DNA from: Candidatus Caenarcanales bacterium
GTDB taxonomy: Bacteria; Cyanobacteriota; Vampirovibrionia; LMEP-6097
Reading direction: 5' to 3'
Assembly (NCBI GenBank): GCA_947459525.1
Contig: CANHDW010000001.1
Coordinates: 3,714 to 67,713, forward strand
Length of the DNA stretch: 64,000 nucleotides
Part shown: piece by piece, positions 49,303 through 59,386 of the stretch
Layout of the letters: each line of letters opens with the position of its first letter
Position numbering within the stretch: the stretch's first letter is position 1
Program-made: the position numbers and the translations under genes
Notes under the pieces: generated by a model
What the model saw: the letters and a program-made list of their open reading frames with translations, nothing else
Databases searched by the model: none
What the model was told of the DNA's origin: nothing

Positions 49303-52032
49303 ATGTTTGAAAGATTTACAGAGAAGGCGATAAAAGTCATAATGCTGGCTCAAGAAGAAGCTAGAAGACTTGGTCATAATTTCGTTGGCACAGAGCAAAT
49401 CCTGCTCGGACTTATCGGTGAAGGTACTGGTGTAGCCGCAAAGACGCTCAAATCGATGGGAGTAAATTTAAAAGATGCTCGCATTGAAGTAGAAAAAATT
49501 ATAGGTAGAGGCTCAGGCTTCGTAGCAGTCGAAATTCCATTTACACCGAGAGCTAAATGGGTCTTAGAGTTAAGCTGGGATGAAGCTAGACAGTTCGGAC
49601 ATAACTATATAGGTACGGAACACCTTTTATTAGGCTTAATCAGAGAAGGTGAAGGAGTTGCTGCTAGGGTTTTAGATAATTTAGGTGTAGATTTAGCGAA
49701 AGTTAGACAGCATATTATTAGATTACTTGGCGAGTCTGGTTCTAACTCTACTGCTACTGGTGGTTCTGGCAGTAGTACTAATAATTCTTTATTAGGAGTA
49801 GGTTCTAATAAAAATGCTAACCAAAATACTAGAACTAGAACTCCTACTTTAGACGAATTTGGTACAGATCTCACTTTAGCTGCTGCCGAAGGCAGATTAG
49901 ATCCAGTTATTGGGCGTGCTGAAGAGATAGAAAGAGTAATACAGATATTAGGCAGAAGAACTAAGAATAATCCTGTATTAATAGGTGAACCCGGTGTCGG
50001 TAAAACTGCTGTAGCTGAAGGCTTAGCTCAAAAAATAGTCGCAAATGACGTGCCAGATATTTTAGTTGGTAAAAAATTAATCGTTTTAGATTTAGGTCTT
50101 TTAGTCGCTGGAACTAAATATAGAGGCGAATTTGAAGAAAGACTTAAAAAAATAATGGATGAAATCCGCACTGCTGGAAATATGATGTTAGTCATAGATG
50201 AACTGCATACTTTAATCGGCGCTGGAGCAGCTGAAGGTGCTATAGATGCAGCTAATATTTTAAAACCAGCACTCGCTCGTGGAGAACTTCAGTGTATCGG
50301 TACTACTACTTTAGAAGAATATCGTAAACATATAGAGAGGGATGCTGCGTTAGAAAGACGTTTTCAGCCAGTAATTATAGACTCTCCTTCTGTAGAAGAG
50401 ACTATTCAGATTATTATTGGTCTAAGACAGAAATATGAAGAGCATCATCGCCTAATCATCACTGATGCCGCTGTGGAAGCTGCTGCTAGATTATCTGATC
50501 GATATATTTTTGATAGACATTTACCAGATAAGGCCATTGACCTTATCGATGAAGCTAGTTCTAGAGTAAGACTTAAAGCTAGTGGCTTGCCACCAGAAGC
50601 TAAAAAGCATGAAGATGAATTAGTTACTATTTCAAGACAGAAAGAAGAAGCTATTCGCCAGCAGGAGTTTGAGAAAGCTTCACAGCTTAGAGATCAAGAA
50701 AATAATATTAGAGAAAAAATTCGTAGCCTCCAAGAAGAATGGAGAAGAGAACAAGAAAAAAATAAACCTACAGTGGGCGAAGAAGAGATAGCTGAAATAG
50801 TAGCTAGCTGGACTGGAATACCTGTTGGTGACTTGAAAGCTGGCGAGAATGACAAGCTAAGACAGATGGAAGATACTCTTCATGGCAAAATTATAGGTCA
50901 GGACTCAGCTGTTACAGCAGTATCGAAAGCTATTAGAAGAGCTAGAGCTGGATTAAAAAATCCAGAAAGACCGATAGGTTCTTTCGTATTCTGCGGTCCT
51001 ACTGGTGTAGGTAAGACTGAACTCGCTAAAGTTCTCGCTGATTATTATTTCGGCAGTGCTGATAATTTAATCAGAGTTGATATGTCTGAGTACATGGAAA
51101 AGCATACTGTAAGCAAGCTTATAGGTTCGCCTCCTGGGTATGTTGGTTACGGCGATGGCGGTCAATTAACTGAAGCTGTTCGTAGAAAGCCTTACAGCGT
51201 AGTACTTTTCGATGAAATTGAGAAAGCTCACCCTGACGTATTTAACGTTATGTTACAGATGTTAGATGATGGCCATTTAACTGATAGTAAAGGCCGTAAA
51301 GTTAGCTTTAAAAATACTATTATCATCATGACCTCTAACGTCGGTGCTCAACGCATGAACAGTGATTTCGGTGTAGGTTTCTTCGCTTCTAATACTGAAG
51401 AACAGGCTGAAGATGAAAAATATAAGCGTATGAAAGATGCGGTTATGGAAGAGATGAAACGTGCATTTAGACCAGAATTCCTGAACAGGCTTGATGATAT
51501 CGTCATATTTAAACACTTGACTCGTACTGATATGCGTAAGATAGTCGACATCATGAAGAAAGATCTAGAAAGTAGACTGAAAGAAAAGGGCATGACCATT
51601 ACTCTTACAGATGAAGTTAAAGATAAAGTCTCGACTGAGGGTTATAACAGAACCTATGGTGCAAGACCGATGAAGAGAACTATACAGAAGCTTCTTGAAG
51701 ATCCTATTTCAGATTCTCTCATTAATGGTGAACATACAGATGGAGACGAGATCGAAGCCTATGTAATTTTCGAAGCAGAGTTTCCTAAAGATAAAATTTA
51801 TGAAAAACCAGAAGATGTAACTGAAGAGACTAAAGATGCTGATAAGAGACAGGCTTTAGTTAAAGCTCAGATTAAATTTAGAGTTACTGGTAAACTACCT
51901 CCAGAGAAACAGGAAGAGCTAAAAAGGTCTACTATTAAAAAGAAAAAGAAAGCTCTTGGTCTTAACGGAACAGGTGGTGGAGTAGGATCTGAGACTGGTG
52001 GTGGTGAGCCTGTTGGTAATAGGGCTGGGTGA
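49303..52032 (+). CDS. clpC: ATP-dependent Clp protease ATPase subunit ClpC
   Basis: [37 protein letters not shown] (cyanobacterial type), two AAA+ modules, UVR coiled coil. Confidence 0.97.
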   Translation: MFERFTEKAIKVIMLAQEEARRLGHNFVGTEQILLGLIGEGTGVAAKTLKSMGVNLKDARIEVEKIIGRGSGFVAVEIPFTPRAKWVLELSWDEARQFGHNYIGTEHLLLGLIREGEGVAARVLDNLGVDLAKVRQHIIRLLGESGSNSTATGGSGSSTNNSLLGVGSNKNANQNTRTRTPTLDEFGTDLTLAAAEGRLDPVIGRAEEIERVIQILGRRTKNNPVLIGEPGVGKTAVAEGLAQKIVANDVPDILVGKKLIVLDLGLLVAGTKYRGEFEERLKKIMDEIRTAGNMMLVIDELHTLIGAGAAEGAIDAANILKPALARGELQCIGTTTLEEYRKHIERDAALERRFQPVIIDSPSVEETIQIIIGLRQKYEEHHRLIITDAAVEAAARLSDRYIFDRHLPDKAIDLIDEASSRVRLKASGLPPEAKKHEDELVTISRQKEEAIRQQEFEKASQLRDQENNIREKIRSLQEEWRREQEKNKPTVGEEEIAEIVASWTGIPVGDLKAGENDKLRQMEDTLHGKIIGQDSAVTAVSKAIRRARAGLKNPERPIGSFVFCGPTGVGKTELAKVLADYYFGSADNLIRVDMSEYMEKHTVSKLIGSPPGYVGYGDGGQLTEAVRRKPYSVVLFDEIEKAHPDVFNVMLQMLDDGHLTDSKGRKVSFKNTIIIMTSNVGAQRMNSDFGVGFFASNTEEQAEDEKYKRMKDAVMEEMKRAFRPEFLNRLDDIVIFKHLTRTDMRKIVDIMKKDLESRLKEKGMTITLTDEVKDKVSTEGYNRTYGARPMKRTIQKLLEDPISDSLINGEHTDGDEIEAYVIFEAEFPKDKIYEKPEDVTEETKDADKRQALVKAQIKFRVTGKLPPEKQEELKRSTIKKKKKALGLNGTGGGVGSETGGGEPVGNRAG

Positions 52033-52174
52033 ATTTTAGGGCTTCCTGTAAATTTCTGGATGCTCATGGACATCACCTTCAGTATTAACACATTTACGTC
52101 AAACTGTTAAGATAACAAGTGCGTCTGTGTCATCTTTGCCCTATTTAAATCCTTAGCAGAAAAATTCCCTCGGT

Positions 52175-55100
52175 CTACGGGCGATTTTTCTCTAAAATTT
52201 CTGCAAGCTTCTTCCTGATCTTTAAAAGCTTATTTATCTCATCAGCAGTGAGTTTATTTTTATAATCAGTATCAGTAAATAATCTATCTACATAAAAAGT
52301 CGCCCTCGCTAAAGATGCAAAGCTGTAATTATAATCAGCAGCGAGATACAAAGCTTTTACATTAAAAGGATTTATTCTCAGGCAGTAATTTATATATTCT
52401 AAAAACTTATTATCGTCCTTCATTAAAAGCTTTATCTGAGCTAAATATAAATAGGCTTGATCCAAATTAGGATCTATTTTTAATGCTGCTCTAAAATTCT
52501 TATCAGCCTCATCATAAAAACCCTGCTCGAAATTCTTAACCCCAATTCCTAAAAGACTCTTATAATTTTTCTCATCAGCAGATGAAATATTTAATGGCTT
52601 GGGCTGAATTATTTCAGTGTCTTGAATTTCAGTATCTTCTTCTGCCTCAAGCTCTTCTTTTTTCTTCTTCTCTTCTTCTGATAGATTAGAATCAATCTCT
52701 AACTGTTTTTTCAGAGCTTCTTCCTTTAATCTTTTTTCTTTTATTAGCTGATTCTCTTTTAATTTATATTCAGCATCAGCTTCTGAAGCGGTCTTTAAAA
52801 CCAAAGTATCTTCCAGTTCATCCTCTTCACTTGACGAAGGAAGCCCCCAAGAACTTAAAGACTGTGTATAAAGCTTATTCTTATAAAACGAAACCCTGGC
52901 TTTTAAAGACTGTCCTGATAAGCCCTTTTGATAATTAGCTCTTAAAGCCTGAACTAAAGCTGTTTTCTCAGACTCAGAATTATATTTAACTAAAGATAAA
53001 ATATGCTCAAAAGACACATATGAAGTCAATGCCTGTAAGTTTTGGTTAATAGTTTCTGAAAATTTATAAAAGTTTTCTGCGGTATGAAACTCAAGTAAAG
53101 AATTATTAGCATTATTCAAGATCGGTGCAGCTAAATCCACACGAGGGACTTCAGTGATTAAAAGTTTTTTTACGTCTTTTGGCGTAAGCATAATATTAGC
53201 CATAAAATCTGCTGAATTATGTATAGAAATTCGATTTAGACTGGTTTTTAGATGAGGGAATTTATCTACATTAAAATCTCTGAAGCGAAAATCCTTATCA
53301 CTAGCAAGTATTATAATTTCAGCGGTACGTGGCGGATGAATTATCAGTAAATATTTAAAATTATGCTTAAGCGTATTTAAAGTGAGTAAAAGATATTTAG
53401 GCTCTAAAGAATAAAGCTGTAACCACTGCACGAATATTCCATCTTTAGAAAGCTTACTATGAGCTAATTTCCAGAATTCATCAGTAAACATATCTGCTGA
53501 TAGCCACGGATCGGAAGGCTGAGAAACGATTAAATCATATTTTTCTCTAGATGATTTAATAAGCGAGCGAGCATTGCCATGATATCTAGTAATTTTCTTG
53601 TCTGGAATAGCTTGCCAAGCCTGAGAAAAGAATTTATCAGCAGCCTTAAAGACAATATCTTCTATCTCCGCCACACATAACTTAGCATCACCACTAATCA
53701 TCGCAAGTGAGTCTAAAGTAATCCCAGACCCCATTCCAATAAGTAAAATATTATTAAATTCATCTTTAAAATACTTAGGAGCGACCCCGAGTAAAACTTG
53801 TGTCTGCATATCAGCGGCCGAGAATATTCCATCCTCAATAGGAATACCAGCTTCAACCTTCGCATTATTTTTCAGATAAATAGTGTTAGCAAAATTATCT
53901 TTAATCACAGTTACGGTAGAATAAAGACCATCTTGATGAAACAAAACCTCTTCCTGAGTATCATCTAAATAATATCCCTGTTCACTTCTATACTTTAAAG
54001 CATAATAAAGTTCGGCTCCACTAGCCGTTCTCGCTGTAATAAAATTAGGCTTTAAAAAAATCAAAGCTATAAAACACAAAGCAGCAATAAAAAATAAAAA
54101 ATACTGTTTCTCTTTAGAGAAACTAAGAGTAATAACTAAAGTAAGTAAAGCTATTAAATTAAATATCAGCAAACACTGATTAAGACCACCTTCTAGCGAA
54201 GGAATAAAAAAGAAAACTGTAACCAAAGAGCCAAGAATACCTCCAAGAGTATTAATAGAAAAAACCTTACCAATGTTAGCACCTGCATAAAGCACTCTAG
54301 ATCTATCATTCAGGTAATCACTATAGGTAAATATCTGTAATAAATAAGTACTAGCAAAAGCTATAGTCGCGGAAACTGGTACCACTACTATACTAGCCAG
54401 TACGAATTTCATAAAACTCAAAGCAACTTTATATAAATCTTCACGATGAAAATCATTTAACAAAAATCCCACTGAATCTATCAAATATAAATAAGTATTT
54501 GTAAGTGATTTAAAGCTAAAGGAACTAATAAAAATTAAAGCTGCTAAAAGCAAAACAAGCCAGTTAATATGCTCTATATCATTTTCAAAACTTTTACTCT
54601 GACTAAGCTGTAGAGGTTTAGCTACTAAATAGAATATAAAAGTTCCTAAAGCAAGGCCAAATATAACTGCCGCCAGAACCATGGCAAAAGAATAAACTGA
54701 ACTAGCAAGAATAAGACTAAAAGCCCTCATCCAGACCAGTTCAAGCCCTAGCAAAATAAAGCCAAAGGCAAAACTTACCCAGAGTAATACCTTAGATCCT
54801 TGAACCTCGATGTTCAAAGAAACTTCATCCTCCACATTATCATCATCAAAAGCTCTTGGTAACTGATTTTTCGGGCTATGCAGGCTAAGGTTCAAAGTGA
54901 ATATTTTAATCGACTCAAAAATCTCAACTACTACAGCTTTCATATTCACTAGAGAGCCTATAAAACTTAAAGTAAATATAGAAAGATGCAGAATCGCAAG
55001 ATTATGTAAAGTAAGCTTTAAACCAAACTGTTTAAAAGCAAAGAAAATTACAAAAACAATAGCAATCAATCCAGCAAAGGTATTCACAAAATAAATCTTA

Positions 55101-55519
55101 GATACCGTATTAGATTTCTCTGTACCATTCTCACGATAAGCCACATAGAAATTACTCAATAATGGAAATAAGCTACCTAAGAGTATGGAAATAGGGGCTA
55201 ACATTAATGAAGAGAGTAAACGTTCTGGATTAAAGAAATTAGCAGTTAAATAAGTTAAAAAAGCTAAAACTAAATTTAGAATACTAAAGATAAAGAGAGA
55301 AGCAAAAGAACTTTTCGCAGGATAAAAAAATTTACTCAAAGCGGCAGCGAAATAAGAACCAATAGCGATGCCACCAAAAAAAATTATTAAAACTAAGGCT
55401 GTACTTAATGATTCCGAAATAAAGACCTGCTTTAGAATACGTGACCAAGAAAGTTCATGTACCAATGCAGCAAAGCCACTTAAAAAAAAACAAAGATAGG
55501 CTATTAGCTTAATTATCAT
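52175..55519 (-). CDS. Fused MFS-like membrane domain / spermidine synthase-like methyltransferase with C-terminal TPR
   Basis: FFLSGFAALVHELSW, many TM segments, LLIGMGSGIT, YDLIVSQPSDPW, GIFVQWL, terminal TPR motifs. Confidence 0.85.
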   Translation of the reverse strand: MIIKLIAYLCFFLSGFAALVHELSWSRILKQVFISESLSTALVLIIFFGGIAIGSYFAAALSKFFYPAKSSFASLFIFSILNLVLAFLTYLTANFFNPERLLSSLMLAPISILLGSLFPLLSNFYVAYRENGTEKSNTVSKIYFVNTFAGLIAIVFVIFFAFKQFGLKLTLHNLAILHLSIFTLSFIGSLVNMKAVVVEIFESIKIFTLNLSLHSPKNQLPRAFDDDNVEDEVSLNIEVQGSKVLLWVSFAFGFILLGLELVWMRAFSLILASSVYSFAMVLAAVIFGLALGTFIFYLVAKPLQLSQSKSFENDIEHINWLVLLLAALIFISSFSFKSLTNTYLYLIDSVGFLLNDFHREDLYKVALSFMKFVLASIVVVPVSATIAFASTYLLQIFTYSDYLNDRSRVLYAGANIGKVFSINTLGGILGSLVTVFFFIPSLEGGLNQCLLIFNLIALLTLVITLSFSKEKQYFLFFIAALCFIALIFLKPNFITARTASGAELYYALKYRSEQGYYLDDTQEEVLFHQDGLYSTVTVIKDNFANTIYLKNNAKVEAGIPIEDGIFSAADMQTQVLLGVAPKYFKDEFNNILLIGMGSGITLDSLAMISGDAKLCVAEIEDIVFKAADKFFSQAWQAIPDKKITRYHGNARSLIKSSREKYDLIVSQPSDPWLSADMFTDEFWKLAHSKLSKDGIFVQWLQLYSLEPKYLLLTLNTLKHNFKYLLIIHPPRTAEIIILASDKDFRFRDFNVDKFPHLKTSLNRISIHNSADFMANIMLTPKDVKKLLITEVPRVDLAAPILNNANNSLLEFHTAENFYKFSETINQNLQALTSYVSFEHILSLVKYNSESEKTALVQALRANYQKGLSGQSLKARVSFYKNKLYTQSLSSWGLPSSSEEDELEDTLVLKTASEADAEYKLKENQLIKEKRLKEEALKKQLEIDSNLSEEEKKKKEELEAEEDTEIQDTEIIQPKPLNISSADEKNYKSLLGIGVKNFEQGFYDEADKNFRAALKIDPNLDQAYLYLAQIKLLMKDDNKFLEYINYCLRINPFNVKALYLAADYNYSFASLARATFYVDRLFTDTDYKNKLTADEINKLLKIRKKLAEILEKNRP

Positions 55520-57611
55520 AAATCGCCTCTAACGCTGATATAAATTTTACTCCAGCTAGCTCTAGGGGATTATTAATTGAAAAATTAACCCAAGAATTGA
55601 CTCGCCTAGGCAGCCAAGTTTTACTAGCTAAACTTGCAGATTTTTTTTGATTACATTCTCTACAAGTAGCAAAAAGATTACGAGAGTCTAAATTCAAGAC
55701 CGCAAATTTAGCTGCTGGTAAATGATGATCAAAAGAAGCTTTATGTGCTTCAAGCAGATGCTCACTAATTTTTTCATTGCGTGCATTAAGCCAAGAGATT
55801 GACTCAGATTCAGCTCTAAGTAAAACCTGTTTCACCACCTTAGGATGAATAAGTGCTCTAGCACAGTATACACATGAATAATTATCTCTCGCCCAAATCT
55901 CTTCAAGCTGCCTTAGAGGAGGTCTCAGACTAGGTCTTGAAAGTTTAGTCGCCAGTTTCTTTTTAGAGAGTAGTTTCGTCACAGCTCCTTTTTCGAAAGA
56001 AGTACCTTCCGTTATTATGGCTGACTCGTTTAAAGAGTTAGATTCTGCATACAGCAAATTATCCTCAGATTTAGTCTTTAAGAGCTTCTTCGTAAATATT
56101 TCCAAAGAGTCTAAATATAAATCCTGAATACTTTCATCTATTGGAAATAAGTTACCTGAAACTAAAAAGCCAAAAGACTGATCAGAATTAGCACTAAAAA
56201 TCTCAAAAGACTCTTTAGGCTCATCAATATTAATACCTTCAAGGTAATCAGAGATATCTCCTTCTATGAAATTTACCTCAATAGACGGGAACCTTGCAAG
56301 AAATGATAAAGTCTTATCATTATCGCTCTGAGACTGATACACGATACTACTTTCACTCACTTCAGAATCCTGAGGAGTCAGCCTTGAACTTGCACCTTCG
56401 GCAACAGTACCCTGAGGGGGCTGCTCGCAATCTTCAATTGATGTTGCAGGCTCGGCATCGCTGGAAATTACACTACGGTCATTCGTCCTCCTCAGTATTG
56501 AAGGTGTATATTCTCTTTCAGAAAAAAGACTAGGACGCTCCTTACCACTAAGATCCGAGTCAGCATGAGGTTCTAAATCTGCAAGCACTGGGTTGAAAAT
56601 CTCTAACTGTCTATATTCTGAACATTTATAAAAATAATCAGATAAATTCGTAGAAATCGCTGTAATTAAAGTTCTATAAATTTCATTAGCGTGCAGGTAT
56701 TTAACTTCTTGCTTACGTGGATGCACATTAACATCAACTTCTGAGCTAGGTAGCTCTAAGTTAATAATAACAAGAGGATATTTCTTAGCAGGTAATAAAT
56801 CCTTATAAACCTTATCTACAGCAGATCTTATCGTATTACATTTAAGGATGCGTTTATTTACAGCAGTGAAGTAATATCTTTTATCACTGCGATTCAGCTC
56901 TGGAGCTGCTATATATCCAGAAACTTTAATCGCTCCAGTATTATATTCGAAATTAATTAAATGCTCGAAAGCAGATCTACCGAACAGTTCACGTACAGTA
57001 ACTTTAAACGGCTGATCTTTTAAAACCTTAAACTGAGTTTTCCCATCAATTACAAGCTCAAAAGAAATATTAGAGTTAAAGATAGAAAAGGCTTTCAGTA
57101 GATCTATGATATCCTGCTTCTCTTTTACCGCAGATTTCATAAATTTCAACCGGGCCGGGGTATTATAAAAAAGCTCATCTACCTCTATACTAGTACCTAC
57201 TCCAGCACCTACAGAAGATGTTTCTTCTCTATCGGCATCTATATAAAACTTTGTAGCATCAGCTTCAGATGCAGTTTTACTAATACAAGTAACTTTACTT
57301 ACAGAGGCTATACTCGCTAAAGCCTCTCCTCTAAAGCCATTAGAGTCTATAGAAAATAAATCTTCTATTTCCGTAATTTTACTAGTCGCATGACGAGTAA
57401 AAGCTAAAGGTAATTCATCTGCTGGAATGCCAGAACCATTATCAGAAACTTTAATACACCTAAGCTGCTTACTCAGTTCTATGGAAATCGAATTAGCACC
57501 AGCATCTATACTGTTCTCGACTAATTCCTTAATGACTGATAAAGGTCCTTCTACTACTTCACCAGCAGCTATTTGATTAGCGATTAAATCAGATAGTATT
57601 CTTATCGGCAT
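55509..57611 (-). CDS. mutL: DNA mismatch repair protein MutL with a C-terminal HNH endonuclease domain
   Basis: NQIAAGEVVE, KELVENSIDAG, RHATSKI, GFRGEAL, VDVNVHP; C-terminus RDNYSCVYC...DHHLP...NLFATCRECNQKK. Confidence 0.93.
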   Translation of the reverse strand: MPIRILSDLIANQIAAGEVVEGPLSVIKELVENSIDAGANSISIELSKQLRCIKVSDNGSGIPADELPLAFTRHATSKITEIEDLFSIDSNGFRGEALASIASVSKVTCISKTASEADATKFYIDADREETSSVGAGVGTSIEVDELFYNTPARLKFMKSAVKEKQDIIDLLKAFSIFNSNISFELVIDGKTQFKVLKDQPFKVTVRELFGRSAFEHLINFEYNTGAIKVSGYIAAPELNRSDKRYYFTAVNKRILKCNTIRSAVDKVYKDLLPAKKYPLVIINLELPSSEVDVNVHPRKQEVKYLHANEIYRTLITAISTNLSDYFYKCSEYRQLEIFNPVLADLEPHADSDLSGKERPSLFSEREYTPSILRRTNDRSVISSDAEPATSIEDCEQPPQGTVAEGASSRLTPQDSEVSESSIVYQSQSDNDKTLSFLARFPSIEVNFIEGDISDYLEGINIDEPKESFEIFSANSDQSFGFLVSGNLFPIDESIQDLYLDSLEIFTKKLLKTKSEDNLLYAESNSLNESAIITEGTSFEKGAVTKLLSKKKLATKLSRPSLRPPLRQLEEIWARDNYSCVYCARALIHPKVVKQVLLRAESESISWLNARNEKISEHLLEAHKASFDHHLPAAKFAVLNLDSRNLFATCRECNQKKSASLASKTWLPRRVNSWVNFSINNPLELAGVKFISALEAIYDN
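56378..56502. repeat. Tandem intragenic palindromic-element segments in the mutL linker
   Basis: Right end CAGCCTTGAACTTG....TTCGGCAACAGTACCC, then left end GGGGCTGCTCGCAATC...TCATTCGTCCTCCTCAG; exact 14-nt and 17-nt matches to 6256-6283. Confidence 0.8.
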
Positions 57612-58834
57612 TAAAATAAATGACCTAATTTATTTTTCTTAGTCTCTAAATATTTTTCATTATGCTTACAAGATTCATAATGCAGTGGAACTCTTTCCGT
57701 AATTTTTAGACCATATCCCTCTATTCCATAAATCTTCTTCGGATTATTAGTGAGTAGCTTAATCTCCTTAAGTCCTAAATCAGAAAGTATTTGCGCTCCT
57801 ACCCCGAAGGTTCTTAAATCAGCAGGGAAGCCCAACTGTAAATTCGCTGAAACCGTGTCGTGACCTTCATCTTGAAGTTCATAAGCCTTTAATTTATTTA
57901 AAAGACCTATGCCCCTACCTTCCTGCCTTAAATATACTAAAACACCTAAACCAGCTTCACGAATCTGCTTAATCGCTCCATCTAACTGAGTTCCACAGTC
58001 ACAGCGTAAACTTCCAAATAAATCTCCAGTTAAGCATTCACTATGCACCCTAACTAAAACTGGCTTAGAATCTTCAACAGCTTTCTCTAAATCACCTAAA
58101 ACTAAAGCTACATGCTCTTTATCAGATAAGGAATCTTTATAACCATAAATTCTAAAATCTTCGGAATACTTATTTGGCAGAGCTACATCCACGATACGAT
58201 GCACGAAACGCTCTTTCTTTAATCGATACGCTACTAAATCAGCAATAGTAATGAATTTCAACCCAAACTCTTTAGCATATTTAAAAAGATCATCACGCCT
58301 AGCCATCTCACCATTATCTTTAAGAATTTCACAGATAACTCCAGATGGCTTAAGACCAGCTAAGCGAGCAAGATCCACAGAAGCTTCAGTATGCCCGACC
58401 CTCTTTAAAACACCACCCTCTACAGACTTAAGAGGAAAGATATGCCCAGGTCTTCTGAGATCACTCGCGACTACGTCATTAGCTAAAGCTACTTCTATAG
58501 TCTTCGCTCTATCAAAAGCACTAATACCAGTAGTTACCCCAAAACGTGGATCAGCATCAATACTAATAGTAAATGCTGTTTTATTAGCATCAGTATTCTC
58601 CCTAACCATATCATCTAAATTAAGCTTCTTGACAGTCTCTGAATCTAAAGTTAAACAAATCAAACCACGAGCATGTTTACTCATAAAATTAATAATCTCA
58701 GGGCTTACTTTCTCAGCAGCACAGATCAGATCACCCTCATTTTCACGATTATCATCATCAGCGACAATAATCATCTTTCCGTTACGAATATCTTCTATAG
58801 CTGATTCTACGGTATCAAAATCTGATGAGGTCAT
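57611..58834 (-). CDS. ribBA: Bifunctional DHBP synthase / GTP cyclohydrolase II
   Basis: DDDNRENEGD, RRPGHIFPL, GHTEASVDL, RVHSECLTGD, RCDCG, QEGRGIG, LLTNNPKK. Confidence 0.97.
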   Translation of the reverse strand: MTSSDFDTVESAIEDIRNGKMIIVADDDNRENEGDLICAAEKVSPEIINFMSKHARGLICLTLDSETVKKLNLDDMVRENTDANKTAFTISIDADPRFGVTTGISAFDRAKTIEVALANDVVASDLRRPGHIFPLKSVEGGVLKRVGHTEASVDLARLAGLKPSGVICEILKDNGEMARRDDLFKYAKEFGLKFITIADLVAYRLKKERFVHRIVDVALPNKYSEDFRIYGYKDSLSDKEHVALVLGDLEKAVEDSKPVLVRVHSECLTGDLFGSLRCDCGTQLDGAIKQIREAGLGVLVYLRQEGRGIGLLNKLKAYELQDEGHDTVSANLQLGFPADLRTFGVGAQILSDLGLKEIKLLTNNPKKIYGIEGYGLKITERVPLHYESCKHNEKYLETKKNKLGHLF

Positions 58835-58951
58835 TAGACTTAAGTATAACTTAGTAGAATGTCCTCATTCATAGTTAAAAATAATGAAAAATAAATTTTA
58901 ATTCCACTTAGCCTTAACTCTGTGTTAATCTACAAATGTTTTTCTCTGCTT

Positions 58952-59257
58952 ATGGATCATTTCAACGATTTCGATAAAAACTCATTTGCATCATCAGAAG
59001 TAGCCCAAAAGGAACTGGTGCTGTCATTTTTCTCTTCAAGAGAAGTTGAGACCTACAGTCTGTATCAGTCTCTTGCTTTAGATCTTTATAGATCTATTAC
59101 TTTCTTTAGAACTTACGGAAAGGTAGAGAAATTCATCACAGCACATCAAGATTTTGCAGACTATAAAGAAGATATAGAAGAGCTTTGGGCTGAATTCGAA
59201 CATATGAACGAAGAAGAACTTGCAGAGGTATCTCTCAGAATACTTACAGATCTATAA
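58952..59257 (+). CDS. Small acidic hypothetical protein
   Basis: ORF divergent from ribBA; likely start ATG 58952 (MDHFNDF); followed by terminator hairpins. Confidence 0.65.
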   Translation: MDHFNDFDKNSFASSEVAQKELVLSFFSSREVETYSLYQSLALDLYRSITFFRTYGKVEKFITAHQDFADYKEDIEELWAEFEHMNEEELAEVSLRILTDL

Positions 59258-59288
59258 GATCAAAAAAAGGAATTCCCCTTTTTATTTG

Positions 59289-59314
59289 AAAAAACACCCG
59301 AAAGGGTGTTTTTT
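59289..59314 (+). terminator. Rho-independent terminator
   Basis: AAAAAACACCC-GAAA-GGGTGTTTTTT (GNRA loop); a weaker hairpin lies at 59264-59283. Confidence 0.85.
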
Positions 59315-59386
59315 GTTTTTAAACGCCTTTTAATTTATCAAAATAAAAATTTTCCACTCTTTATAGTCTATAAGTGCTTTAATTTC

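Noticed and set aside
52037..52143. SRP RNA or 6S RNA identity for the hairpin
   Set aside because: It lacks the SRP domain IV motif and is short for 6S; kept only as an unassigned structure
54790..54890. Loop in the spermidine-synthase-like gene containing CCTTGAAC and CGGGCTATGCAG as an element copy
   Set aside because: Short matches in an order inconsistent with the reconstructed element
59306..59386. Tracked GTG start of the 765-aa ORF
   Set aside because: It lies inside a terminator hairpin; ATG 59387 is more plausible
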